A stretch of 64,000 bases of DNA from Brevinematales bacterium (GTDB lineage: Bacteria > Spirochaetota > Brevinematia > Brevinematales > JAOACQ01), in the NCBI GenBank assembly GCA_037479045.1, contig JBBFLL010000012.1, positions 2,355 to 66,354 of the forward strand, written 5' to 3'. The position numbers were made by a program, and so were the translations under genes. The notes beneath the pieces are model-generated. The model ran no database searches, was not told the origin of the DNA, and was given only the letters and a program-made list of their open reading frames with translations. Of the stretch, positions 39,936-49,299 are shown piece after piece (positions within the stretch are counted from its first letter, which is position 1; the number at the start of each line of letters is the position of its first letter).

Positions 39936-40592
39936 TTAATCGAGTGAAATATTTAAGACGTAGTTTTCAAAAATTTTTAATTCCTCGGCTAATTCTGAAC
40001 CAAAAAAGCCAGAGAGATCTTCATATTTGATTTTGTTTGTATACTCGATAAGAAACTTTTCAGCAATAGGTTTGTATGACCAGTGCCACTTTTCTTCTTT
40101 GAAACCATTTGTTCTACCAGAGGAATATGGCATAAAAAAACCATATTTTGATGCATTATTAGTAAGCCACTTGAATATTTTCTTGCCTTCAAAAGAATCA
40201 AAAAAAGATGGATTGACAGAAACCAAATCTATATCTGTTCCCCAGTGGTGTCTCGATGTACCCGGCATAGATGAATACTCAAGAATTTTTTTTACTCTCT
40301 CTTGTTTTGAAAGATAAGAATACTTTTTATTTTTATATTCCCAGATATTTTTTTGATCCTCAAAACTACGAAAAGCAGAGACTATGAATAGATCTATCCC
40401 TTCTCTTTTTGCATCTTCTGCCATTTCTTCATATTTAACGGCAACCTCTGTTCTCAGCCAGAAAAACTTACCATTACTCTTAATTTTTATAAAATCCGGA
40501 TGAGTTATAGGATTAATTTTGCCGAGAAGTTCATTTTCTGAAATCTGTCCATACAAAGGTGTTATAACCAAAATAATAAATAAAAAAATCAT
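39936..40592 (-). CDS. M15B (VanY-like) D-Ala-D-Ala carboxypeptidase
   Basis: SAFRS..Q, PGTSRHHWGTDID, EKWHW. Confidence 0.9.
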   Translation of the reverse strand: MIFLFIILVITPLYGQISENELLGKINPITHPDFIKIKSNGKFFWLRTEVAVKYEEMAEDAKREGIDLFIVSAFRSFEDQKNIWEYKNKKYSYLSKQERVKKILEYSSMPGTSRHHWGTDIDLVSVNPSFFDSFEGKKIFKWLTNNASKYGFFMPYSSGRTNGFKEEKWHWSYKPIAEKFLIEYTNKIKYEDLSGFFGSELAEELKIFENYVLNISLD

Positions 40593-41233
40593 ATTACCAT
40601 ATTTTGAATTCTTCTTCTTGCATTCCAGAGATGAAAAGATATTTCTTTGTAATTCTTTTGTTCTATTAAATCCTTTTTAAAGATAGTGCTTGCACCCATA
40701 CCAACTGCTACAGCTCCATAGGAAATAAATTGTATCGCCGAAATAAGATTTAATCCACCTGTAGGAAATATTTCAACAAAAGGCATAGGATTCAAAATCT
40801 CTCTTAAAAATGTTGGATTAACCTCACTTGCAGGAAAAAGTTTGATCAAGTCTGAACCTAATTTATAGGCATTGTATATTTCGGTAGGAGTAAAACCAGA
40901 GAGTATTAAAAGTTTCTCCTTAGATTTTGCAACTTCAACTATCGAAGGATTCAAAATAGGTGTCACAATAAAATCTACACCTCTTTCTATCCCCTTTTTT
41001 GCCTCTTCGGGTTCATATACTGTTCCAAGACCTATTGTTAATTCTGGGAACTTGTTTTTATAATAATCAATTTTTTCTAAGATATTGGGAATAGTCATTG
41101 TAAATTCAATTATTCTACCACCAGCATCTATAGTTGCCTTTAATATTTCTTCTATACATTCTTCTTTGTGTGTTCTTAAAATAGGAACAAGCCTTTCTTC
41201 TTTAATGAGTTTTTTAACATCAGAACTTTTCAT
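40589..41233 (-). CDS. eda: KDPG/KHG aldolase family protein
   Basis: PILR, IEFT, GLGTV, FIVTP, TPTE, KLFPA, PTGG. Confidence 0.85.
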   Translation of the reverse strand: MKSSDVKKLIKEERLVPILRTHKEECIEEILKATIDAGGRIIEFTMTIPNILEKIDYYKNKFPELTIGLGTVYEPEEAKKGIERGVDFIVTPILNPSIVEVAKSKEKLLILSGFTPTEIYNAYKLGSDLIKLFPASEVNPTFLREILNPMPFVEIFPTGGLNLISAIQFISYGAVAVGMGASTIFKKDLIEQKNYKEISFHLWNARRRIQNMVI

Positions 41234-41347
41234 ATACTACCTCAAAAATAGCAATATATTTTATGGTAAATATTCTAAAAAGTCAATTTAAGAAAATTTT
41301 TGTTGACTTTTTTAGTTATATTCTTAAAATTAATGTAGAGGTGCCGT

Positions 41348-42793
41348 ATGAAATATTTTATTTTAATATTTACAATTCTCTTTTCAACGCTATGGGGACA
41401 GGAGATTGAAAAAATTCTTGTATGGTCTGATGAGTTTGATTACAATGGACTTCCAGATAAAACCAAATGGAACTTTGAAACAGAAGGCAATGCTTGGGGC
41501 TGGGGAAATGGTGAGGATCAGTTTTATACTGACAGTAGACTGGAAAATGCAATTGTAACCAATGGGGTTCTTAAAATTATTGCTCTTAAGGAAACAATGA
41601 AAGATAAATATTATACATCTGCAAGAATTAACACAAAAGGTAAAGGAGAATGGAGATACGGAAGATTTGAAGCAAGAATGAAACTTCCATCTGGAAGGGG
41701 AATATGGCCTGCATTCTGGATGATGCCTGCTGAAAATTTCTATGGTGGCTGGCCAAATAGTGGTGAGATTGATATTATGGAGATGTTTGGCTGGCATAAT
41801 CCTGATACAACATATTTTACTATTCATACAGAAGCCTATAATCACAAAATTAATACCCATAAACAGGGATATTATAGGGATTCTACAATCCATAGCAAGT
41901 TTCATATTTATGCTGTTGAATGGTTTGATGATAGACTTGACTTTTATTTCGATGATAAAAAGGTTTTTACTTATAAAAAAGAAACTGACAATTATTCTGT
42001 ATGGCCATTTGACAAACCTTTTTACATAATTCTTAATAATGCAGTTGGTGGAGACTGGTGTCGTCAAAATGGGGGAATAGGTGATACAAAATTTCCTCAA
42101 GTTCTTGAGGTAGATTACGTAAGAGTATACAAATTTAAAAACAATAAAAAACTCAAAATAGATATTATTGAGACTACAAATGGCAAAGTGCAAATTGATA
42201 AAAAAGAGGTTAACTCTGGAGAAAAAGTAAAATTAATTCCTATTCCAGAAAAGGGTTACAAATTTGCAATCTGGACTGGTGATGTTGTTTCAAAAAAAAG
42301 TGAACTTGAAATAAATGTTTTTGAAGATTTGACAATAAAACCAAAATTTATTCCTGAAAATGAAATGCTTTTTAATGGAGATTTTAGTTCTGGATTTATT
42401 GATTGGAATTTCTGGGTTGATAATTCAGTTGCAAAAGCTATCTTCAGAATTATAGACGAAAAAATGAATATTAATATTGAAAAAACAGGAAAATATGACT
42501 GGCAGATTCAACTTTCAACTCCTGTCGAACTCAAGAAAGATAAAAAATACACCCTCAAATTTAAGGCGAGATCAAATGTAATTAAATTTCCCTTAAGAGC
42601 TGGATTTAATCAAAATCATAGCCCATGGAAATCTTATTATAGTAAAACTTTTGAACTTGAAAGAGATTTTAAAGAATACTTTCTTGAATTTAAAATGAAT
42701 GAAGAAACAGATTTTAATTCAAGAGTTGAGTTTGATCTGGGAAGTAAGATGGGAGGTGTAATAATTGACGATGTAAGTCTAACTTTTCAATAA
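41348..42793 (+). CDS. GH16 laminarinase-type beta-glucanase with Ig-like repeat and CBM4-like module
   Basis: Signal peptide; WSDEF, WPAFWM, GEIDIME; GYKFAIWTGD repeat; NGDFS...WQIQL C-terminal module. Confidence 0.92.
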   Translation: MKYFILIFTILFSTLWGQEIEKILVWSDEFDYNGLPDKTKWNFETEGNAWGWGNGEDQFYTDSRLENAIVTNGVLKIIALKETMKDKYYTSARINTKGKGEWRYGRFEARMKLPSGRGIWPAFWMMPAENFYGGWPNSGEIDIMEMFGWHNPDTTYFTIHTEAYNHKINTHKQGYYRDSTIHSKFHIYAVEWFDDRLDFYFDDKKVFTYKKETDNYSVWPFDKPFYIILNNAVGGDWCRQNGGIGDTKFPQVLEVDYVRVYKFKNNKKLKIDIIETTNGKVQIDKKEVNSGEKVKLIPIPEKGYKFAIWTGDVVSKKSELEINVFEDLTIKPKFIPENEMLFNGDFSSGFIDWNFWVDNSVAKAIFRIIDEKMNINIEKTGKYDWQIQLSTPVELKKDKKYTLKFKARSNVIKFPLRAGFNQNHSPWKSYYSKTFELERDFKEYFLEFKMNEETDFNSRVEFDLGSKMGGVIIDDVSLTFQ

Positions 42794-42801
42794 AATTGAA
42801 A

Positions 42802-43251
42802 TCAATTCTTTGTAAATTGTATCTGATCACTTGAATGTGTAAGTTTTAAATCTTTGTCGTATCCCCAGACAGCCCAGTAATAAGTATTCCCATTTTGAAG
42901 TGCTGAAGGTTGATAATCTTTAATTTCCCCATTAATAGTAACTTTGAAAAATGTATAATTTACATTCCCGGCTTGTCCTGTTAATCCAGTATGCCACATT
43001 GCAATACAGTCATTTTTATTTACTATATTTTTCCCATTAATTATTATCTTATTCGTAAATATTCCAACAACCTGATATTTACAATCAGAAGGAGATGACC
43101 AAACAAAATCTGGATAATCACTTGTAGTAGTATAAGCTGGAAGAGAGACTCTTATAAGTTTTGTTTCTGGAAATATCGGATTACTATCATCAAAAACCTT
43201 TTCGCAAGAATTGAAGATAAATAAAATAATTAAAACTAATAATTTTTTCAT
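42802..43251 (-). CDS. Hypothetical lipoprotein (Fn3-like)
   Basis: Lipobox FNSC; LQNGNTYYWAV. Confidence 0.65.
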   Translation of the reverse strand: MKKLLVLIILFIFNSCEKVFDDSNPIFPETKLIRVSLPAYTTTSDYPDFVWSSPSDCKYQVVGIFTNKIIINGKNIVNKNDCIAMWHTGLTGQAGNVNYTFFKVTINGEIKDYQPSALQNGNTYYWAVWGYDKDLKLTHSSDQIQFTKN

Positions 43252-43261
43252 CTCTCACCCC

Positions 43262-44488
43262 CTAAAAACCAATTCTTAAACCAAGCCCAAGCATTATATT
43301 TGCTGTCTTTACAGGTTTTTCTATATATGTGTATTCCCCAAAAAAATTAAATTTCTTTTCTTTCAAAATAATATCTCCTACATCATAATAATAAGCGTCT
43401 ATAAAGAAAGAAACAATACTTGAAGGAAAAAAGTTTATACCCAAAATATATTTGTAAAAAAATGCTGTTTTTGAATAATTATATTCTTCTGATGAACCAG
43501 TAAAGATACCAATCCCTCCTCCAAGATATGGAGAAACAAACTTTGAATCTTTAAAAAAGTTATATTTCAACAAAAGATTAAATCTGAAATTATGCAATAT
43601 CATTAAATCTTTGTAAGGTTCTCCCGGGGCAGTTTTATCTTCATACGAGTGAAAAAGAATATTTCCACCCCCTTCAATTCCTATAGAAAAATCCCCAAGA
43701 AAATACTCAAAAGACAAACCATAATCTGTTTGATAATCTGGCTGTAAAAATTGAACAAAATGGGAGAAAATAGAAAATCTTGACCTGTAAAATTTCTCTG
43801 CCTTTTTTTCAAGATAAAAGTTATAATTATTTTTTATGTTTTCTTCTATTTTAATTGAAGTAGTTTTTATTTCATAACCATTTTTCACAATTGTTATTTT
43901 GTAAGTCCCTGTTTTCATCTTTTTTTCAGTGATGGGAGTTATGCCAATAACATTGTTGTCAATTTTGACCTCCGCACCCTGAGGTGTTGTGTCAAGATTA
44001 AGGTAACCTGTTTTATAATCAAGTAATTTTAAAACAAAACTTTCAGCAAGTTCATTTATTTTATAGAATAATTTGTCTCCCATTTTTTCAGTTATTTTTT
44101 CAGCCATAATTATTTCACCTGAATCTACACTTACAAGTCTTGCATTTATTTCTATATTTCCATCTATGCTTGAAAAACTCCCAAAGATTATGGCATCTGC
44201 ACTAATCAATTTTCCTATTTTTTTTGTTTCCTCCACATCCTTCTCAATTAGTCCTGAGAGAACCAATTTCTTTTCATCAATCAAGTCAATTAACCTCTGC
44301 CTCTCTGCAAGTTTAAACTTTTCACTTTTTTTTAATGTTGTTATGAAAGATTCAGCTATAGTTTTTTCAAGAAAATCATATCCCGGATTTTTGGAAAGAT
44401 TTTTAAAATCAAGAACTGCTATAGTAATAAAATTGGTTGTTTGTGCAAATGAAAGATTAAAAACCAAAAGAAAAAATAGCTTTTTCAT
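43262..44488 (-). CDS. CsgG/FlgO-like plus PEGA plus C-terminal beta-barrel protein
   Basis: IAVLDFKN, ARLVSVDSGEI; PEGA TTPQGAEV...GITP; terminal LGLRIGF. Confidence 0.75.
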   Translation of the reverse strand: MKKLFFLLVFNLSFAQTTNFITIAVLDFKNLSKNPGYDFLEKTIAESFITTLKKSEKFKLAERQRLIDLIDEKKLVLSGLIEKDVEETKKIGKLISADAIIFGSFSSIDGNIEINARLVSVDSGEIIMAEKITEKMGDKLFYKINELAESFVLKLLDYKTGYLNLDTTPQGAEVKIDNNVIGITPITEKKMKTGTYKITIVKNGYEIKTTSIKIEENIKNNYNFYLEKKAEKFYRSRFSIFSHFVQFLQPDYQTDYGLSFEYFLGDFSIGIEGGGNILFHSYEDKTAPGEPYKDLMILHNFRFNLLLKYNFFKDSKFVSPYLGGGIGIFTGSSEEYNYSKTAFFYKYILGINFFPSSIVSFFIDAYYYDVGDIILKEKKFNFFGEYTYIEKPVKTANIMLGLGLRIGF

Positions 44489-44582
44489 AATTTTGTCCTC
44501 TTCTAATTATAATATAACACAAAAATTTTAAAAAGCAGTTAATTAAAAATTATTTTTAATATTTATAAAGTCAACAAAAAAG

Positions 44583-45947
44583 TTAAATATAAAATTCTAT
44601 TTTTGAGTGGCTTCCATTTGAATTTTCAATTGAAAAAGACCCATTAAGTTGTGATGTAAGCAACTTTATAAGTTCAAATCCAAATCCGTTTGATTGTTGT
44701 ATTTGTTCCTCAGATATCCCACAACCATTATCTGATATAATTAATTTTGCTTTGTTTTTGTTAACTTTGAAGGTAATATCAAGCTGACAATTTTCTACAT
44801 TTTGAAAAGCATACTTTATAGAATTAGTTATAAGCTCATTTACTATAATTCCTACTGGAAATAAAATTTTTGTATCAAGAAAGACATCTTGAACATTAAA
44901 CGAGATATTTATTTTTTTATCTTCTGATATTGTTGATATAATATCTCCCACAAGTGTTGTTAAATACTCTTTTATACTTACTCTGTCTATGGAAGGAGAA
45001 TTATAAAGTTTTTCATATAACACTGCCATTGTATTTATTCTTTTTTTCAAGGAAAGAAGAAAATCTTTTGTATCAGCATTATCAATTTTATTTGCATGAA
45101 GAAATATTAAAGAAGCAATAGTATTCATATTGTTTTTTATCCTGTGATGAACTTCTTTTAATAAAATTTCTTTTTCTTTTAATAATGACTTTATTTTTTC
45201 TTCTGACTTTTTTCTTTCATTTATATCTCTTACTACAGCTATAACTCTCTTATTTGAATTAATTGTTGTATACTTCAAAGAGACTTCAACCCAAAAAACT
45301 TCTCCATTTTTCTTTTTTGCAAGCCATTCAAATGTCTGTGGTTCTCCATCTATAGCCTTTTTTATCAATTCTTGAGCCTTTACTTCAGTGAAAGGGAAAA
45401 TGTTTGCACTTATATCCCCAATATTACCATTTAATATCTCTTCTTCAGAAGAAAAACCATACATTTCAATGCTTCTTCTATTTGCCTTTATCATTTTACC
45501 ATTGGTGGCATCATCAATAAATATTGCTTCATTTGTCGCATTGAAAATCTCTTTAAATTCATTTCTTGTTTCATAGAGACGAAATGCCATCTTTATTGAA
45601 GCATCTATTGCTTGAGGCAAAGAATTTTTTGTAATATACCCATAAGATGTGATTTGTTCAGCTTTTTCAATATACTCTTTTTCTATGTGATTTGTTAAAA
45701 AAATGATTGGAATATCTTTTCCTTTAAGGATAATCGATGCCGTATCAATACCATCAATTCCTTTTCCCAAGTCAATATCCATAAGTATTAAATCAATATT
45801 GTTTTTCTTAATAAATTCTATAGCTTTTTCTCCTGAATTAGCTATTATTACGTTATAACCTAATTCAGCAAGCATTTGTTGATTTGACAAAGCTATTAAT
45901 GTCTCATCTTCAACAAGAAGGATAGTCTTTTTTTCAATTAAATACAA
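44583..45947 (-). CDS. REC-PAS-HisKA_2 hybrid sensor histidine kinase
   Basis: LLVEDE, LMDIDL, PAS, EVHHRIKNN, NELITNSIKY, DNGCG, GFG. Confidence 0.92.
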   Translation of the reverse strand: MYLIEKKTILLVEDETLIALSNQQMLAELGYNVIIANSGEKAIEFIKKNNIDLILMDIDLGKGIDGIDTASIILKGKDIPIIFLTNHIEKEYIEKAEQITSYGYITKNSLPQAIDASIKMAFRLYETRNEFKEIFNATNEAIFIDDATNGKMIKANRRSIEMYGFSSEEEILNGNIGDISANIFPFTEVKAQELIKKAIDGEPQTFEWLAKKKNGEVFWVEVSLKYTTINSNKRVIAVVRDINERKKSEEKIKSLLKEKEILLKEVHHRIKNNMNTIASLIFLHANKIDNADTKDFLLSLKKRINTMAVLYEKLYNSPSIDRVSIKEYLTTLVGDIISTISEDKKINISFNVQDVFLDTKILFPVGIIVNELITNSIKYAFQNVENCQLDITFKVNKNKAKLIISDNGCGISEEQIQQSNGFGFELIKLLTSQLNGSFSIENSNGSHSKIEFYI

Positions 45948-46046
45948 TTAACCCCCTTATAGTTATAGATTATAAGTGGTAAGTAAAAAAATAACAATAC
46001 TTTTAAGTAAAAAACTCAAAGAAGATTTTAGGATTAATATTCAAGT

Positions 46047-49000
46047 TTATCCAAGCAAAACTTCTATCCTTGCATATTTCCCTTCTCTTATATCAAGAGA
46101 ATGTGGCGTACTTATTACATCAGAGTCTATAGTTATGAGACTACCATCGTTGCTATAAAGCTTGTAAGACTTTACTTTTACAGAATCTTCTCCGAAAGTG
46201 TCTTTTCTTTTTGGATTAATAAACAATACAATGGTTGAATACATAAAACTCATAACATAAGAATTTGCTGGAATATCAAGTTGTTTAATTTCTTCTCCAA
46301 CATAATAACTTACCCGACTTTCTTTCTCCGTAAATAACCAGCTTGCAAGGGCAGGTTGAAACTTGAGAATAAGTTTCCCCTCTTCGTTAAAAGAGAATGG
46401 TTTTTTACCAAATGCCATTACGACAAGCATATTGTAGAACTCAGAGGTTGTTCCAGAAAGTCTCGGATAGAACCCACTACCATGAAGATTGGGGTCTGGA
46501 TTTGAACTTGTTACTATAAATGAGACATTTTCAAAAATACTTCTTCCATAAATTTCTGGCTTAAAGAATGGAACAAGGCAATTTTTAATATCTTCGTAAA
46601 AGATATCATAGAGATCATTTTTTAACAATTCAAGAAGATATTTATATTCCATATGTGAAAAAACTGATTCATTTTCAAGCCAGCCGGGTGTAAAAGATTG
46701 CATTCTTCCAAGTTCAAGAGGCATATCTTTTGTTGAAGCACTTAATTTATACATTTTAAGTTTTTTATCGAAAATATCGCTATTTTTAACATTTAAGGCT
46801 ATCTTTCTTGCCTTTTCTCTATCATCTTCGGTTCTTAAATAATGAACTTCTCCTTCCAGAAATGGTATTATTCTTTTCATTTCAAATTTTTCTGGAATAA
46901 TTTTTTCATTCTCAATTCTGTATTTCACAAGTTCATAATAAAAGTAAGTGGTGTAAAGCCCGGTATTATAATCAAATCCTTTTTCGATTGAAAAAGAAAG
47001 TTTTTTCAATGCAAGTTCTATAAACTCGTTAAGTTCTCCTTTTTGCAACCTGATTTCTTTACCATCTATACCAAATTTCACTTTTTCTCTATACATTTCT
47101 CTTTCAGTTGAAGCAAGATCCCAGAATTCAAAGTTTGAAATTTTACCATTCAGATTTTCTTTTGTAAGATTTAAAATTGCTTTCATTAAATCATAAACTT
47201 CTATTGGTATTTTGATCTCTCCATCATATTTCTCTATCCAGTTTTTCAAGTATACAAAAAGCCTTTTTAATTCAAGTGTTTCATTAAGGGAAGAACCAAA
47301 AAGCCCGGGAAGTCCATTGATAGAATCGTTCCAATTTGGTTTACCTGCTTCCATTTCTATCCCAATATTTTCAGGATCAAGTGTTGATAGTTTAACTATA
47401 GACAAAGCAACTAATTTAGAAATAAGATTTGTATAGTAAATTTCACCTTTACCATAGTTTTTTCTTACTTTGTTTGGCTCAATTTCTCTTGATTTTATTA
47501 ATTTTTCTTTTTCTTTATCTTTTCTGATTGCATTATATTGTCTTGGTAATCCAGCATAATTTATAACATACTTTTCTCTTCTTGGTAAAACAAATTCACA
47601 GTCATCATAAAAATAGATGCCATTTTCTTCAAAAAGAAGTTCTTTCATTCTGTCAGGGAAAACAGCCTCAAAACTTTCTATTAAGTCAAGATTGTAAGTC
47701 CAGTGATCCGTCCAGTAACCTTCTCCATGTTCGGCTTCTTCAAGTTTTTTACTGTTTAATATTAAAAATGATAGAAAATCAAACAAATTACCATTCTTTA
47801 AAGAAAATCTATTTTCTTCAAAGAGTTTAATTATGTCATAGGGTATAAATTTTTTCTCAAGTATTGATGAGATTTGATCAAGCCCTTTATCAATCCATTG
47901 AGACAAAAAATTTATTTTAGACTTGTCAAAATAATAACTCATTCCTTTAACTACGAGAGGATTATATCCATCAAGCTGGATAAGATTAATAAAATACAAA
48001 ATATTTGTATATCCTACGTCTGGATTAAAAAACACGTCATTTCTTCTGTTCTGATTTATATCCCTATAATTTCCATTTCCCTGTGAAAAATATGTGGGCT
48101 GCAATTTAAAATTGTTATAATCTCTCTCAAGATCTCCATGTTTTCTTGAAAATAGATATAAAACGTCTTTCTTACCATTTGATCTTATACTGAATGGAAA
48201 ACCACCTCTCAATAAATTATCAAGAAATGTTTGTTTTGCATAAGAATTGAAAGATGGCAAGTTTGAATACACAAAACATTTATCTAAAAGAGATTTTATA
48301 ATCTTTTCATTTTGCTTTTCCTTTTTGGTAAAAAACTCTTCTTTCGATAAAGAAGCAAATCTATTTTTGAAACTTTCAAGGTTTTCATCTTTACCTACAA
48401 GAGAATAAATTTTAATCCCTTCATTCGCATTAAGTGATATTGAAGAGTATGATAAAGCTGATGGCGTCCTATTACCTGAGTATTGTTTTTCTGGAAATTT
48501 AAAATCTTTATTTTTAAACACAAATGGGAACCCAAGATCATTCGATAAACCAAAAACCTTATCAGGTTCAATGATAACTGGTAAAGGTTGATTGTCTTTA
48601 ATAAAAGAAAAATAAAAATGTCCCGATTTTATAGGTTTAACCTCAGCAGTATCTGCAAAGGTCATCTTGAGCCTGTAAAATGGAAGATTGTTTTCATAAT
48701 TGTCAACAATATACCATGCCTCAATTGTCCTACACATATTCTTCATTGCCCAATCATTAAGCCCGTAAGGCATAATTTGAGGAAGTCCATCTAAAACCTC
48801 AAACTCCAGTTTCTTACCTGAAATATTTTTTATTTCAACAATTCTTGCAAGAGCACCTATTGGCTCTTCTGGAATAGTAAAAAATTTAACTTTTGTTTCA
48901 ATTCCAAGAGAGTTATTTATTTCCCTTAGCATAAGGTCATAAGGAGAAAAAATCATTTCATTTTCTATTTTCCATTTGCTGTTAGTATCTGTAGGATGAA

Positions 49001-49289
49001 AAGGCTCATAAATTTCTTCTTTTATCTTTATAAATGTTCTGAAACCATATAGTGGAGTATATCTATATGCTTTATTGGCTGGTTGAAATTCCATTATAGC
49101 CCCATCTTTTGAATCAAAACCAAAGCTTGATATACACTGTCCTCTATTGACATAGAAACACCAGATTGGTATCCCCATAATGCCTGCTATTCCCGGAAAG
49201 AAACTTGCAAAAGGTTTTGCCTCATTATAGTTTTTTATCCTGAATTTTAAATTATCTTCTCTGTCAATTGAATAAACAACATTACTCAT
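46047..49289 (-). CDS. Probable GH161 beta-1,3-glucan phosphorylase
   Basis: ~1080 aa; FFPGIAG..GIP.W.FYVNRGQ, SRKHGDLERDYN, GNGNYRD.NQNRR, WND, PGWLENES. Confidence 0.75.
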   Translation of the reverse strand: MSNVVYSIDREDNLKFRIKNYNEAKPFASFFPGIAGIMGIPIWCFYVNRGQCISSFGFDSKDGAIMEFQPANKAYRYTPLYGFRTFIKIKEEIYEPFHPTDTNSKWKIENEMIFSPYDLMLREINNSLGIETKVKFFTIPEEPIGALARIVEIKNISGKKLEFEVLDGLPQIMPYGLNDWAMKNMCRTIEAWYIVDNYENNLPFYRLKMTFADTAEVKPIKSGHFYFSFIKDNQPLPVIIEPDKVFGLSNDLGFPFVFKNKDFKFPEKQYSGNRTPSALSYSSISLNANEGIKIYSLVGKDENLESFKNRFASLSKEEFFTKKEKQNEKIIKSLLDKCFVYSNLPSFNSYAKQTFLDNLLRGGFPFSIRSNGKKDVLYLFSRKHGDLERDYNNFKLQPTYFSQGNGNYRDINQNRRNDVFFNPDVGYTNILYFINLIQLDGYNPLVVKGMSYYFDKSKINFLSQWIDKGLDQISSILEKKFIPYDIIKLFEENRFSLKNGNLFDFLSFLILNSKKLEEAEHGEGYWTDHWTYNLDLIESFEAVFPDRMKELLFEENGIYFYDDCEFVLPRREKYVINYAGLPRQYNAIRKDKEKEKLIKSREIEPNKVRKNYGKGEIYYTNLISKLVALSIVKLSTLDPENIGIEMEAGKPNWNDSINGLPGLFGSSLNETLELKRLFVYLKNWIEKYDGEIKIPIEVYDLMKAILNLTKENLNGKISNFEFWDLASTEREMYREKVKFGIDGKEIRLQKGELNEFIELALKKLSFSIEKGFDYNTGLYTTYFYYELVKYRIENEKIIPEKFEMKRIIPFLEGEVHYLRTEDDREKARKIALNVKNSDIFDKKLKMYKLSASTKDMPLELGRMQSFTPGWLENESVFSHMEYKYLLELLKNDLYDIFYEDIKNCLVPFFKPEIYGRSIFENVSFIVTSSNPDPNLHGSGFYPRLSGTTSEFYNMLVVMAFGKKPFSFNEEGKLILKFQPALASWLFTEKESRVSYYVGEEIKQLDIPANSYVMSFMYSTIVLFINPKRKDTFGEDSVKVKSYKLYSNDGSLITIDSDVISTPHSLDIREGKYARIEVLLG

Positions 49290-49299
49290 ATTTTCTCCC

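Noticed and set aside
41390-42193. 267-aa ORF on the minus strand
   Set aside because: Fully antisense to the well-supported GH16 gene, with no recognisable motifs; a shadow ORF like the many shorter antisense ORFs in the track.
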